DNA from: a virus
IMG/VR virus record: IMGVR_UViG_3300049845_000291
Location: 64,001-128,000 of that record
Length of the DNA: 64,000 bases
Reading direction: 5' to 3' (one strand)
The notes beneath the pieces are model-generated. The model saw only the letters and a program-made list of their open reading frames with translations. It did not search any database and was not told the origin of the DNA. This document shows positions 1-8,839 of this stretch, in pieces. Position numbers and translations under genes: made by a program. Within the stretch, counting starts at the first letter, position 1. Every line of letters starts with the position of its first letter.

Positions 1-289
1 GAACAGCCAAGACGAGCTGCCCTTTAGAACCAGTGCTCGTGCTGAGAAGCTCGCTTGGTTGAATCGAGCTCGATCCCGTGATCTGCTGACCGCGCTGATA
101 CCAGTTCGTCAGGCCGGTTGGCGGCACGCCGAGGATCGACGAACCGTTCGAGAGGTATCCAACGGGTGACAGCCGACCCTCACAAAGCAGCGTGATCGTG
201 CACCGATCAGGCTCATACCTTGTGACGTTGATCAGTTGGTCTTTGGTGCGCTGACAGACAGAGCACTTGAGTTGGACGTAGCGTTTCAG
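1..289 (-). CDS. Late hypothetical/structural protein, 5' part only (runs off window), probable CTG start
   Basis: Open frame LKRYVQLKCSVCQRTKDQ...; AGGGGA SD just before CTG; minus-strand TAAATA at 332-337; absent from ORF track. Confidence 0.55.
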   Translation of the reverse strand, partial: MKRYVQLKCSVCQRTKDQLINVTRYEPDRCTITLLCEGRLSPVGYLSNGSSILGVPPTGLTNWYQRGQQITGSSSIQPSELLSTSTGSKGQLVLAV

Positions 290-301
290 GTTGTCCCCTG
301 C

Positions 302-307
302 TAAATA
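302..307 (+). promoter_or_regulatory. T4-like late promoter box TAAATA
   Basis: TAAATA 4 nt before ATG at 312; same box recurs before many late-looking genes. Confidence 0.7.
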
Positions 308-311
308 GGCA

Positions 312-983
312 ATGACTTCTTCAGTAGCAGTTATTTACGTGGTGTACTTGACCGCCTACTCAGGCAATCTACTGCCGCCGTTCTACATTGGGTCCACGTC
401 AATGGGCAAGATCCATGCGGGCTACAATGGATCCGTGACCTCAATCGCCTATGGTTCAATCTGGAAGAATGAGAGGAAGGACCACCGTCATCTTTTTAGG
501 ACAGTGATCATTAGCGAACACGACAGCCGTCAAGCCGCCCTTGACGCTGAACGTCGGCTGCACGAAATGCTAGATGTAGTCAACAGCCCTCTCTTCATTA
601 ACCAGGCAATCGCTGGTGTTCATCCTCGCAATAGCGGCCGCGGTAGGAAAATGTCAGACAAGACACGCGCCGCGCTAAAGGCTGCTAATACAGGCCGTAA
701 GCAGAGCGAGGACGCCCGCGAGAAGATGAAGGTAGCTTGGGAAAGCCGACGTCAAACGCCAGTAAGCGAAGAAACACGCGGCAAGCTGTCTGCTGCTCAC
801 AAGGGGCGAAAACGCAAGCCTATGTCAGAAGAGACTAGAAAGAAAATATCGGCTTCAACGAAGCGCAGGCCGCCACCGTCCCCTGAATCGCTAGCAAAGC
901 GATCAGCAACCCAGAAAGCTAGGTGTTCTACACCAGAAGCTAGAGCCAAACTATCGGCTGCCGGAAAGGCTAGGTGGACTTGA
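312..983 (+). mobile_element. Free-standing GIY-YIG (Seg-like) homing endonuclease with NUMOD3 repeats
   Basis: N-terminal VVYL...FYIGS and later YNGS; basic C-terminal repeats SEETRGKLS / SEETRKKIS / SEDAREKMK; opposite strand to neighbours. Confidence 0.85.
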
Positions 984-984
984 A

Positions 985-1227
985 CTAGGGCTTTTCAACC
1001 TGCGTCCGGTACTGACGAAGCACGACACCGAGATCGTTGCAGGTGAAGGCGTGCCCGTTCTCCACGTTCACCACCGAGATGCATTGCCCAAGCTGGTCCA
1101 CCTGCACGATCGGCAGCATCTCGCGCTTATACCAGATCGTGAAAGAAATCGTAAGCAGGCTGCTGATGATGCCAATCAACATCGCAAGCACGAAGAGCTG
1201 CGAGCTCGTGATGATGGAGTACTTCAC
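985..1227 (-). CDS. Small membrane protein
   Basis: N-terminal hydrophobic helix; overlaps upstream stop. Confidence 0.6.
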   Translation of the reverse strand: MKYSIITSSQLFVLAMLIGIISSLLTISFTIWYKREMLPIVQVDQLGQCISVVNVENGHAFTCNDLGVVLRQYRTQVEKP

Positions 1228-1406
1228 ATCCCACCTTTCTCTTTGATCTCGAACAACGAAGAACGGTTGACCCAGCGCTTCCAGGTCCCATCGTCTTCAC
1301 GCGCTGGGGTGACCTCGACGAGCTCTTGGGTCTTACCCACCACCTGTCGGTGGGCAACCCTGCCGGTGAGCTTGACCTCGATGTCATTCAGGACGTACGT
1401 GCTCAT
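1224..1406 (-). CDS. Hypothetical protein
   Basis: ORF with typical codon bias; minus-strand TAAATA at 1434-1439. Confidence 0.55.
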   Translation of the reverse strand: MSTYVLNDIEVKLTGRVAHRQVVGKTQELVEVTPAREDDGTWKRWVNRSSLFEIKEKGGM

Positions 1407-1707
1407 GTGCGTTGATGAAGCATTTCCAGAGGCTATTTAGGTTCTCAAGACCCACTGGGTTTGCTGAGTGCACGTGCATCCTGATCCGCATGACCTCTTG
1501 ACTAAAATGGCCATCAAGGAACCCGTTGATCAGGAACCAAAGGTACCCTGGAGCGTCAGCCCCATCACCAAGGTCATGATCCAGGCTCATCGCCAGTGGC
1601 AAGCCATAGGTCTTGGTGTGCTCTGTAGCGGCAGCAACCGACCGAGCTACCACCCATGAACCATCAGGCGGGGCGCGCAAGTCATCCAGGAAGAGCTTCC
1701 AGGTCAT
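1384..1707 (-). CDS. Cyclic-phosphate-processing receiver-like domain protein
   Basis: Motifs KLFLDDLR, SLDHDLG, HSANPVG. Confidence 0.8.
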   Translation of the reverse strand: MTWKLFLDDLRAPPDGSWVVARSVAAATEHTKTYGLPLAMSLDHDLGDGADAPGYLWFLINGFLDGHFSQEVMRIRMHVHSANPVGLENLNSLWKCFINAHEHVRPE

Positions 1708-1741
1708 ATGTCATTGTACCCAGACCAAGGCCCGGTGTACA

Positions 1742-2362
1742 CTACGCCGTGGCGGTCAACCCAGCGGTGAAGATCTTCTTCGCGTTCCGTAGTACCGCGA
1801 GACAGGCCCGTGCGTCGTTAAGCGGGTTGTGCAGGCCGCGCTTGTCGATCCCGCCAAGAAGCTCGAAGACCACGTCTGACTTGTACTCGCCAATCAGGGC
1901 AAATGAGAACCCACTGGTGTCCACCAGCACGTGATGGAACTTCAGTGCGTCTTCCAACCCATGATCACGGAAGAGCTGCATCGTGAAGTCGTTGTCAAAG
2001 CTCACGTTGTGGCCGATCGACATGATCTTTGAACCAGGAGCGAAGTACCGCATGAGCAGCTCGATCAGCGCCGCAAGCGCTTCCTCCCGAGGCATGCCGT
2101 GTTCCGCCAGGTACTCACGCGTCAGCCCGTGAATCTTCTGCGCACCCTCAGTCCACTTGTACTTGGTCTCATCGAACCGTAGCTCGCAGTGCAAGCTGTC
2201 AACCTCTTCCCAGGTCTCGGTGTTGACGATCAGTGCGCCAAAGGACAAACCTTGGTGCGCGATGCTGGAGTCTCCACCGAAGTCTGACCCTGATGTCTCC
2301 CAATCGATCAGCAGCCCGTACTTTCCTGGATGTGCCTTGCTGTACCCGCGTTCCCAAGCCAT
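1742..2362 (-). CDS. DEDDh 3'-5' exonuclease (DnaQ/RNase T-like)
   Basis: ExoI DWETSG, ExoII GHNVSFD, ExoIII HNPLNDA. Confidence 0.85.
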   Translation of the reverse strand: MAWERGYSKAHPGKYGLLIDWETSGSDFGGDSSIAHQGLSFGALIVNTETWEEVDSLHCELRFDETKYKWTEGAQKIHGLTREYLAEHGMPREEALAALIELLMRYFAPGSKIMSIGHNVSFDNDFTMQLFRDHGLEDALKFHHVLVDTSGFSFALIGEYKSDVVFELLGGIDKRGLHNPLNDARACLAVLRNAKKIFTAGLTATA

Positions 2363-2363
2363 G

Positions 2364-2951
2364 TCAGTTCCTGTTCAAAAAGTTGATCACTTGATCAGCG
2401 CGCTCAGCTGTAGTTTTCGCACTGATCTCGAAGTACGGGGTGCTTGACATCAGAACGAAGTTCACCTCGTTCTGATACACCTGCTCGGCGCTGTTTCTCC
2501 TCGCGCGATGCGGGTCATCGACGAACTGCACGTGCTCCATGAGTGGAAGCAGCAGCACTGAGCTGTAGATCCTGTTCTGGGCTTCGAGACACATGAGGGT
2601 GTACTCTCTGAGCCATGCCATGGCCGGCCCGAGTGAGATCTTCCTGGCGTCAACTAGCTCCCACGTCCAGTACTGGGTGTACGCCACGATGTCTGCAAAC
2701 GTGCGCTCCACTAGGATCGGTCCCTTCAGGGCCTCGTCGTTCTCGGTCTTTCTGGTCCTCACAAGATCCTGGAACTTGCGCATGGTGTCCCAGGACTCCA
2801 TCACCTGATGAAGATTAGACCAACCGAGCTCGTTCTGGACGGCGCGCGAAACCTTGTACGGGTCGACTGCCCACCCACGTGCCTTGAGCTCCTCCAACAG
2901 GGTGCTCTTCCCGGCGCCCTGTGCGCCCGTGAGACCAATGATCATCATCAT
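2364..2951 (-). CDS. P-loop nucleotide/polynucleotide kinase (AAA_28/NadR-like)
   Basis: Walker A GAQGAGKST; ILVERTFAD; DDPHR. Confidence 0.75.
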   Translation of the reverse strand: MMMIIGLTGAQGAGKSTLLEELKARGWAVDPYKVSRAVQNELGWSNLHQVMESWDTMRKFQDLVRTRKTENDEALKGPILVERTFADIVAYTQYWTWELVDARKISLGPAMAWLREYTLMCLEAQNRIYSSVLLLPLMEHVQFVDDPHRARRNSAEQVYQNEVNFVLMSSTPYFEISAKTTAERADQVINFLNRN

Positions 2952-3289
2952 CGTAATGGCAGTAGCTCCGGTAGATCACGAAAAAGCTCTTCCTTCGTGA
3001 GGTGTGCCACCGCGTCGAAGAGCTCGTCTTCCTGGTACTCAGTGAAGGTCCACTGCAGGAAATGGCCTTCATACGACATCGAGCAAGTGAACCAGCTCGG
3101 GCGCTCACGAAGCGTTTCCAAGCTGAGAGATGGGCGCTCACGCAACTCTTCGGCGCCGATCTGAGTCTTGAAGTCCGTGGCGAACTCGCGCAAGGTGACC
3201 CCACGCTTCAGCTTCTTGATTCCAGAAGCCGTTCGTGTTCCTCGAACCGAGGCATCCACCGCGGTGACCAAGACAAATCGACGGGCCAT
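2948..3289 (-). CDS. Hypothetical protein
   Basis: First gene of operon; TACAGT -10 7 nt upstream. Confidence 0.6.
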   Translation of the reverse strand: MARRFVLVTAVDASVRGTRTASGIKKLKRGVTLREFATDFKTQIGAEELRERPSLSLETLRERPSWFTCSMSYEGHFLQWTFTEYQEDELFDAVAHLTKEELFRDLPELLPLR

Positions 3290-3374
3290 GCCTGAACTGT
3301 ATCTTGGCGGGCACTCATTTCCTGCTCAATCGAGGTCAGAGGGCGATAAATAGATCCAAATTCCTGGATTCGCT

Positions 3375-3722
3375 ATGGGTTCCTTCAAACAATTCATCCA
3401 GCTTCTTGATTCAGACCTGAATGAAGAGCAGCTCAATGAGATCTTCGGGTTGTTTAGAAACAACAAAGAGCAGAATGCTCAGAAGATCGCCGACCTGCGA
3501 AAACAACGGGCCGCCTTGGCTGGCAAGAAGAAGATGACTGACGCCGAGCTCAAGGCTGCCATGGATGCTTGGGCCGCTGGTCAGAAGAAGGTCCCCGGCA
3601 AGATCAGCCATGATGACCTGGAAGCTGCGCTCTCGGCCAACGACAGGAAAGCACTGACTCGCATGGACCGCGAGCGTGACGTGAAGAACGCCGAGCTGGC
3701 CAAGAGGCTTGGCCGAGCATAA
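3375..3722 (+). CDS. Late protein, candidate head-internal protein
   Basis: TAAATA 3347-3352; N-terminus MGSFKQFI...LNE resembles T4 capsid-targeting leader. Confidence 0.6.
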   Translation: MGSFKQFIQLLDSDLNEEQLNEIFGLFRNNKEQNAQKIADLRKQRAALAGKKKMTDAELKAAMDAWAAGQKKVPGKISHDDLEAALSANDRKALTRMDRERDVKNAELAKRLGRA

Positions 3723-3743
3723 CCCGGCGACACCAGACAGCAC

Positions 3744-3765
3744 CGAGGGGCCCTAGGGCCCCTCG
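3744..3765. terminator. GC hairpin terminator at convergent junction
   Basis: CGAGGGGCCC-TA-GGGCCCCTCG followed by TCTGTTT. Confidence 0.75.
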
Positions 3766-3784
3766 TCTGTTTGGCTCAACACCT

Positions 3785-3961
3785 TTACGGTTTTGGTGTC
3801 ACCGGTGGCACCATGTCAATCAGCTCGGCTGGCACCGTGTCGAGCTCTTGAATGTCGGCGCCGGTCGTCAGCTCGATCGAGCTGTCCATGTACGTGTATC
3901 TCTCCTCGGACTGGCGAGGTTGACGCAGCAGCGAGTTTGCCCAGGACTTGATGTCGCTCAC
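3785..3961 (-). CDS. Small hypothetical protein (GTG start)
   Basis: GGAGAGG SD and GTGA overlap with upstream micro-ORF. Confidence 0.5.
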   Translation of the reverse strand: MSDIKSWANSLLRQPRQSEERYTYMDSSIELTTGADIQELDTVPAELIDMVPPVTPKP

Positions 3962-4065
3962 GTCCTCTCCAGGTACCAGATCTGCACATCGATCCAGGCG
4001 ATCTTGATCGCGTACCAGCGGCTCTCCAACCAGAGCCTGATGATCACCAACAGCAGGTCCATCAT
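3958..4065 (-). CDS. 35-aa hydrophobic, Trp-rich micro-protein
   Basis: MMDLLLVIIRLWLESRWYAIKIAWIDVQIWYLERT; 4-nt start/stop overlaps on both sides; not in ORF track. Confidence 0.5.
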   Translation of the reverse strand: MMDLLLVIIRLWLESRWYAIKIAWIDVQIWYLERT

Positions 4066-4277
4066 GCGTACTCCGAAAACTCCTCGTGCTCATGGATGAG
4101 CATGCGGTCGCGGTATCCTTCGGCTGCCGTCTCGGTCACCAGGTTGTCCGGGCTCGGCGAGTTTGTGGGGTACCGCATGGCGATTAGGGTTTCCGCCAGC
4201 CGCCAGCCGCGAACGTACTCCTCGTCGGCTTCGCCAGGGCTCAGCGCTTCAACCGGGATCAGTGCAAAGGTGCTCAT
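4062..4277 (-). CDS. Hypothetical protein
   Basis: ATG 7 nt after TATGAT -10. Confidence 0.6.
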   Translation of the reverse strand: MSTFALIPVEALSPGEADEEYVRGWRLAETLIAMRYPTNSPSPDNLVTETAAEGYRDRMLIHEHEEFSEYA

Positions 4278-4308
4278 GGTGGCATCATACACCGCTTACG
4301 GCTTGAAC

Positions 4309-4324
4309 TTGTAACGCGTTACAA
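4309..4324. promoter_or_regulatory. Perfect 16-bp palindrome TTGTAACGCGTTACAA (TGTAAC box pair)
   Basis: In divergent intergenic region; the TGTAAC half-site recurs upstream of several operons. Confidence 0.7.
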
Positions 4325-4357
4325 CTCTAAATAGTTCGTCCGTCTAGGAGCCAGATC

Positions 4358-4780
4358 TTGACCAACGAACAACGAGCGAAGCTGCTCCACCAGGCTGGAG
4401 CAGCCGCTCTCGAGCTGAACAGGCAACTGAACCTGCTGTATGATGGGTACGATTTCTGCATCTCTCGATATCACTTTGACGGTGCGCTAGAACAGCACGA
4501 GCTCAAGGAGCTGCAGGCCTCAATCAAGGAGCTTTCAACCCTACCCAAGATGGTGGCGTTGGAGCTCAATGCTTGGAGTCAAGATCTCGAGCAGACATTC
4601 AGCCGAATCGGGTTTGAGATCCACGTGCTGAATGAGATCATGATTCACATGCACGCCGTTGCGTTTTTCCTGCAGCGGTACAAGATCGATCTTGAGCCGT
4701 TCAGCCTCAAGCTCTCGGCGGAGTCAATCGCTATCCTGAGAATGACCAACCGACTGCTCAGTACGCCTGCCAAGGCCTAA
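4358..4780 (+). CDS. Late hypothetical protein
   Basis: TAAATA 4328-4333, AGGAG SD, TTG start. Confidence 0.7.
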   Translation: MTNEQRAKLLHQAGAAALELNRQLNLLYDGYDFCISRYHFDGALEQHELKELQASIKELSTLPKMVALELNAWSQDLEQTFSRIGFEIHVLNEIMIHMHAVAFFLQRYKIDLEPFSLKLSAESIAILRMTNRLLSTPAKA

Positions 4781-4804
4781 ATACTCAAAAGCACGCGAGA
4801 CCCC

Positions 4805-5869
4805 ATGAACCTGATCAAGTCCCTGTCACAACCAAAGTCAAGTGTGTTGGACATCAAGCCTGGAGCGCTCGTCCAGCTCAAGGAAGACGTTGAAGGATTG
4901 AGCACGATCAAGGAGATCTTGACCGACGTCGAAGGCGCGGTGCGTGTACACCCTCCATTGAACGGGTACCAGTACTGGCGACTCGAGGAGCTCGAGGCCA
5001 CCGAGGTCTTCGAGGCCAAGCTCTCAACAGATCGGATCTTCATGGTCTCGGTTCCGGCCACCGTCTTCAATGGACGGCACTATGAGTTCGGTTCGACGCC
5101 CATCAAGGTCATGGCCTCAAGCGCCGATGAGGCTGCTAGGTTGATCAATGATAATCGAGACGATGTGCTCCGGTTCTTGGGCACTCGCCGTGTGCAACCT
5201 AGCGGCAAGCCACTGCTCGATCCAAAGTGCGACGCGAAGAAGTGCGTGTTCTTCAAGGACACGTACTACACCAAGAGCTACCCGGCGAAAAGCAGCCGCG
5301 ACGTGCTGACCCGCCATGGCGGGTTCAAGATGGTGAAGATCCAAGAGCAGGTCGAGACCTCGCTCTTGAAGCGCGCGCAGCTTGATGAAGGGACTTGGGT
5401 CGTCAAGAACAAGGACGGCAAGGAGAAGCGTTTCAAGGACACTGATTCACCAGAAGCCTTGGCCTGGAAGAACTCCTCAGCAGCTCCTAAGAAGAAAGCT
5501 GAGAAGTACTCCGACGAATGGTGGGAAGCTCAACGTGCCACCGGCAAACACGATGGCAAGATGCCATACACTGCGATCGACCAGGCCGAGCTCGAGTTTG
5601 GTGTTCTCGCGGATCTCGTCAACCCAAAAGGATACGAGATCAACGACTTCTACATCACGTCAAAGGGCGACATGATGATCGACGGAACCACGGTTGCTGT
5701 GGCCACGGTGCGCATGACGTACGAGTACGACATGAAGGAGCTGGGGTACACTGACGCGGACATCGAGCGCTCTGGAGCTCAAGATGGTCGAGGTCTTGAG
5801 TCCATGTATCTCAAGGTTCGTCGTGACCGGGCGAACCCAAACAAGATCGTGCTTGTCGGCGAATTCTAA
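4805..5869 (+). CDS. Late hypothetical protein, candidate virion/internal protein
   Basis: TAAATA 4778-4783 overlapping upstream stop; 354 aa. Confidence 0.75.
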   Translation: MNLIKSLSQPKSSVLDIKPGALVQLKEDVEGLSTIKEILTDVEGAVRVHPPLNGYQYWRLEELEATEVFEAKLSTDRIFMVSVPATVFNGRHYEFGSTPIKVMASSADEAARLINDNRDDVLRFLGTRRVQPSGKPLLDPKCDAKKCVFFKDTYYTKSYPAKSSRDVLTRHGGFKMVKIQEQVETSLLKRAQLDEGTWVVKNKDGKEKRFKDTDSPEALAWKNSSAAPKKKAEKYSDEWWEAQRATGKHDGKMPYTAIDQAELEFGVLADLVNPKGYEINDFYITSKGDMMIDGTTVAVATVRMTYEYDMKELGYTDADIERSGAQDGRGLESMYLKVRRDRANPNKIVLVGEF

Positions 5870-6255
5870 TCCTCGTCGAAGTCGTCCGTCTCGATGACGG
5901 TGTTGCCGAGGTAGAACGTCCCGTTCTCCTCGCTAACCGTGAGCCCATTGGGGGCTTCGATCATGCGGCCATCTTCCTCGCCGACGGGAGACTCGATGAG
6001 CTCGATCGGCACGGCGCCAAGCATCCCACTGTCGACACCGTACTCCGCCCCGTTCTGATCACGGTATGTGCCGTCACCGTACTTGGTCGACGCGGCCCAG
6101 AGCTGGTGGCCCTCGAACTCGACGACCTTGCCGTCGCCGAATCCCTGGACCGTGAGCAATCGATCCCACGTATCTCGATCGTTGTCGAACACGTAACACG
6201 GATCGCCGATGAAGTACGTTCCGGGTGGCAGCTTCATGATGCGTCTCCTGTCCAA
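5866..6255 (-). CDS. Conserved phage hypothetical protein
   Basis: YFIGDPCY, TKYGDGTY, GVDSGMLG motifs. Confidence 0.7.
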   Translation of the reverse strand: MDRRRIMKLPPGTYFIGDPCYVFDNDRDTWDRLLTVQGFGDGKVVEFEGHQLWAASTKYGDGTYRDQNGAEYGVDSGMLGAVPIELIESPVGEEDGRMIEAPNGLTVSEENGTFYLGNTVIETDDFDED

Positions 6256-6602
6256 GGACGGTCCTTGATCTTGTGGCCGAGTCCGACCAAAATCGCACGC
6301 ACTGGGGTGGTCATGACCGGTCGAATGGTCACCTCAACGACGAAGAGAGGGCTCGACCAGCGCATGCCGTCGATGGCGTTCCAGAGCTGCACACTGCTCG
6401 CGGCACTGTTCGCTTCCTGCTCAGTGGCGAACAGCGCCGCGTTCTCCTTGTGGCCGGTCCACGATCGATCGGCACGCAGCAGCATCCCATCAGGCTTGCC
6501 AGACCAGCCACGCTTGCCGAACCACTTCGACCCGCGTACGACGTACATGGTTGGCGGGTGGTGACCGGATGGTCCAGTCGGAGGCCATGTCGTGCTCATC
6601 AC
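6234..6602 (-). CDS. Hypothetical protein
   Basis: GGAG SD; in operon. Confidence 0.55.
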   Translation of the reverse strand: MMSTTWPPTGPSGHHPPTMYVVRGSKWFGKRGWSGKPDGMLLRADRSWTGHKENAALFATEQEANSAASSVQLWNAIDGMRWSSPLFVVEVTIRPVMTTPVRAILVGLGHKIKDRPWTGDAS

Positions 6603-6647
6603 AGCTCCAGAATCGGGTGCCCTGTCGTCGCCTGGTGTCGCCGGATG

Positions 6648-7154
6648 TCAGCGTGCCGACATTGCTCGGCTGACTGGGCCACCGGACTTCGATTCGGAGA
6701 CCTTGGGCGCGACGCCGACGCCGCGAACCTTGAGGCGCTTGGCGGGGAGGAAGCGTTGCGCCGCCTCTTGTGGCTTGTCCTTGTTGGCCTTGGTCTCGAC
6801 GGCGAAGTACACGCAGCCGTTGATGAACGTGGTCTTACTGACCACGTGCCCACGAAAGCCCGAGACCACGTCTTCGACCTCGGCGCCGAGTTGAATGCCT
6901 ATGTCGTCGGCTGGAACCGCCTCGATCGGTTGGAAGTCCTTGTACCCGGGGATCTTCTTGGGATCTGCGATCTCGACGATCTGGATCTCGTCGATGTTGT
7001 ACCCATCGGGGTACTTGCCGTCCTTGAAGTCTGTGCCACGAGGCTGGAGCGCGAACTGCGTCATGCCGCCGATGTAGTCGATGCGCTGCGTGACGACGCC
7101 GATGTAGCCGCTGACGACGTCTCGGCACAGGGTTCCGAGTTTGATGGAGCTCAT
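6648..7154 (-). CDS. Hypothetical protein with tandem duplicated small beta domain
   Basis: IKLGTLCRDVVSGYIGVV vs IQLGAEVEDVVSGFRGHVV. Confidence 0.75.
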   Translation of the reverse strand: MSSIKLGTLCRDVVSGYIGVVTQRIDYIGGMTQFALQPRGTDFKDGKYPDGYNIDEIQIVEIADPKKIPGYKDFQPIEAVPADDIGIQLGAEVEDVVSGFRGHVVSKTTFINGCVYFAVETKANKDKPQEAAQRFLPAKRLKVRGVGVAPKVSESKSGGPVSRAMSAR

Positions 7155-7239
7155 TGCTGGTCCTCGTGTGAAGCCCCAAGCGGGGCGGTTAAGGGGTTCT
7201 TGGACTGGGAGCGCTGCGGCTGTCTGGAGCGGTAGGCCA

Positions 7240-7671
7240 TCACGCGGGGCGCAGCGTCAGACCGCGGCGGCGCGCGATTTCGTTGATCTGCTCAATGCTG
7301 AGCGCCTGCGCGACCAACATCGGCTTGCGGGCGCGCAGATCTTCACAGGCCTCGCGCCACTGCTGCTCGCCGTACCTGGCGCGGCACGACGCGTCGAAGT
7401 ATGGGTCGCCAGCCGTGATGTTCCCGGGATCGGCGTACGGGGGCGCGGCGATGAACTTGCGCGCGTCGTCCTCGAGCTGCGACCAGCCCTTCTCGCTGAC
7501 CTTCAGCTGGTTGTACCTCGCCATCGCCGCGACCGCGTCGCGGCGAGCGTCCATGATGTTGATGGTCGGTCCTTTGATCTGCATGCCATCGTGACCACCG
7601 GTTGCAGCCAGCAGGGCCAACAGCGCCGTGTACAGCTCGTCGGCGACGCTCGGTTGAGCTTGCGTGTTCAT
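7240..7671 (-). CDS. Hypothetical protein
   Basis: GGAG SD before MNTQAQ. Confidence 0.6.
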   Translation of the reverse strand: MNTQAQPSVADELYTALLALLAATGGHDGMQIKGPTINIMDARRDAVAAMARYNQLKVSEKGWSQLEDDARKFIAAPPYADPGNITAGDPYFDASCRARYGEQQWREACEDLRARKPMLVAQALSIEQINEIARRRGLTLRPA

Positions 7672-7705
7672 GTGAGGGCTCCTATGTGGACGTGCTGTTG
7701 ATGTC

Positions 7706-7730
7706 GCCGGCGACACGAGGTGTCGCCGGC
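7706..7730. repeat. 11-bp inverted repeat containing CCGGCGACACC motif
   Basis: GCCGGCGACAC-GAG-GTGTCGCCGGC just downstream of ATPase stop. Confidence 0.7.
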
Positions 7731-7738
7731 TCGGTGCT

Positions 7739-8740
7739 TCAGCTGTTCACCATGGCGTACAGACCGATGCGGCGCCACGTGTCGGGCTTGTTCACGCGGG
7801 CCTTGACCACGTTCACCAACGAGCGCAGGTTCAGCTCCTGCACCATCGGGTTGTTCGCGTTCTCGGCCACGAACTCGAGCGCCTCGAGCTTGGCGTCCAT
7901 GTCGAACTCGGGCATGAACTCCTCGGACTGCACGATCACACGCATGCGCTCGATGACCTCATCGCGCGTCATGCTCACGTCGGCGCACATGGCACGGGAG
8001 CGGATGGCCTGCGGAACCTTGTGCTTCGGCATGTTCGAGATGAACACGACACCACCTTCGAACTCGAAGGTCTTGGGCAGGTCCTCGTCGCCCCAGCCTT
8101 CGGCGTTCCAGGTCACGATGCGCGTGTCGTAGCTGTCGAGCGCCGCCTTCAGGATGTTCACGGCGTTCGGATCCTTCAGGATCGAGTCGCAGTCGTCGAA
8201 CACGCAGATCTGACGGCGGTTCTCGTACAGCGTGCGGAACAGACCCTTGGCCGTGCTGTACCCCTTGACCACGACGTAACCGCGCTGGCCGTCGAACTTC
8301 GCGCCGATCTCCATCTTGGAGATGTCCTTCAGGCCGCTCTTGCGCAAGGTCTTCATGACCGTGAAGGACTTGCCGAGACCACCTTCGCCCGTCACCAGGG
8401 CCGAGGCCATCTGGTAATGCGCGACCATGTCGACGTAGTCGCTCATGATCTCGAAGCGCTCGTTGATCGGGAACTCGTCCTCGACCGACGGTACCGGCTC
8501 GGTCGGCTCGGTGGCAGCGGCGCTCGGAGCGCCTTCGACCGAGGGGGCCTTGCCGATGACCTCGAGCTTGGTGATGCCGTAGTTCTTGGCCTTCTGGCTG
8601 AAGCCGCCTTCGATCACGCGGCGCAGGTAGTCGGGACCACCGACGGGATCGCGATTCGAGGCGAGGACCTTGCCGTCGGCGGCGCGCGCTTCCCAGCGGC
8701 CCATCGAGTCGTTCCAAACGGCGGTGCAGGTCTTGCTCAT
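7739..8740 (-). CDS. P-loop (AAA+-like) ATPase
   Basis: Walker A GEGGLGKS; Walker B CVFDDCD; FISN; AIRSRA arginine finger. Confidence 0.85.
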   Translation of the reverse strand: MSKTCTAVWNDSMGRWEARAADGKVLASNRDPVGGPDYLRRVIEGGFSQKAKNYGITKLEVIGKAPSVEGAPSAAATEPTEPVPSVEDEFPINERFEIMSDYVDMVAHYQMASALVTGEGGLGKSFTVMKTLRKSGLKDISKMEIGAKFDGQRGYVVVKGYSTAKGLFRTLYENRRQICVFDDCDSILKDPNAVNILKAALDSYDTRIVTWNAEGWGDEDLPKTFEFEGGVVFISNMPKHKVPQAIRSRAMCADVSMTRDEVIERMRVIVQSEEFMPEFDMDAKLEALEFVAENANNPMVQELNLRSLVNVVKARVNKPDTWRRIGLYAMVNS

Positions 8741-8839
8741 GTAAGTTCTCCAGGTCGACGTGATGATAGATGAATCATACGTCGGTTTCTGGCCAGAGAA
8801 CACCAGGTTTCTGTAACGGCGCTCTGAAAACTGTAACGA

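Noticed and set aside
312-983. Group I intron hosting the endonucleases (also 61985-62668)
   Set aside because: Both lie antisense between or at the ends of intact genes with their own promoters; no split exons seen
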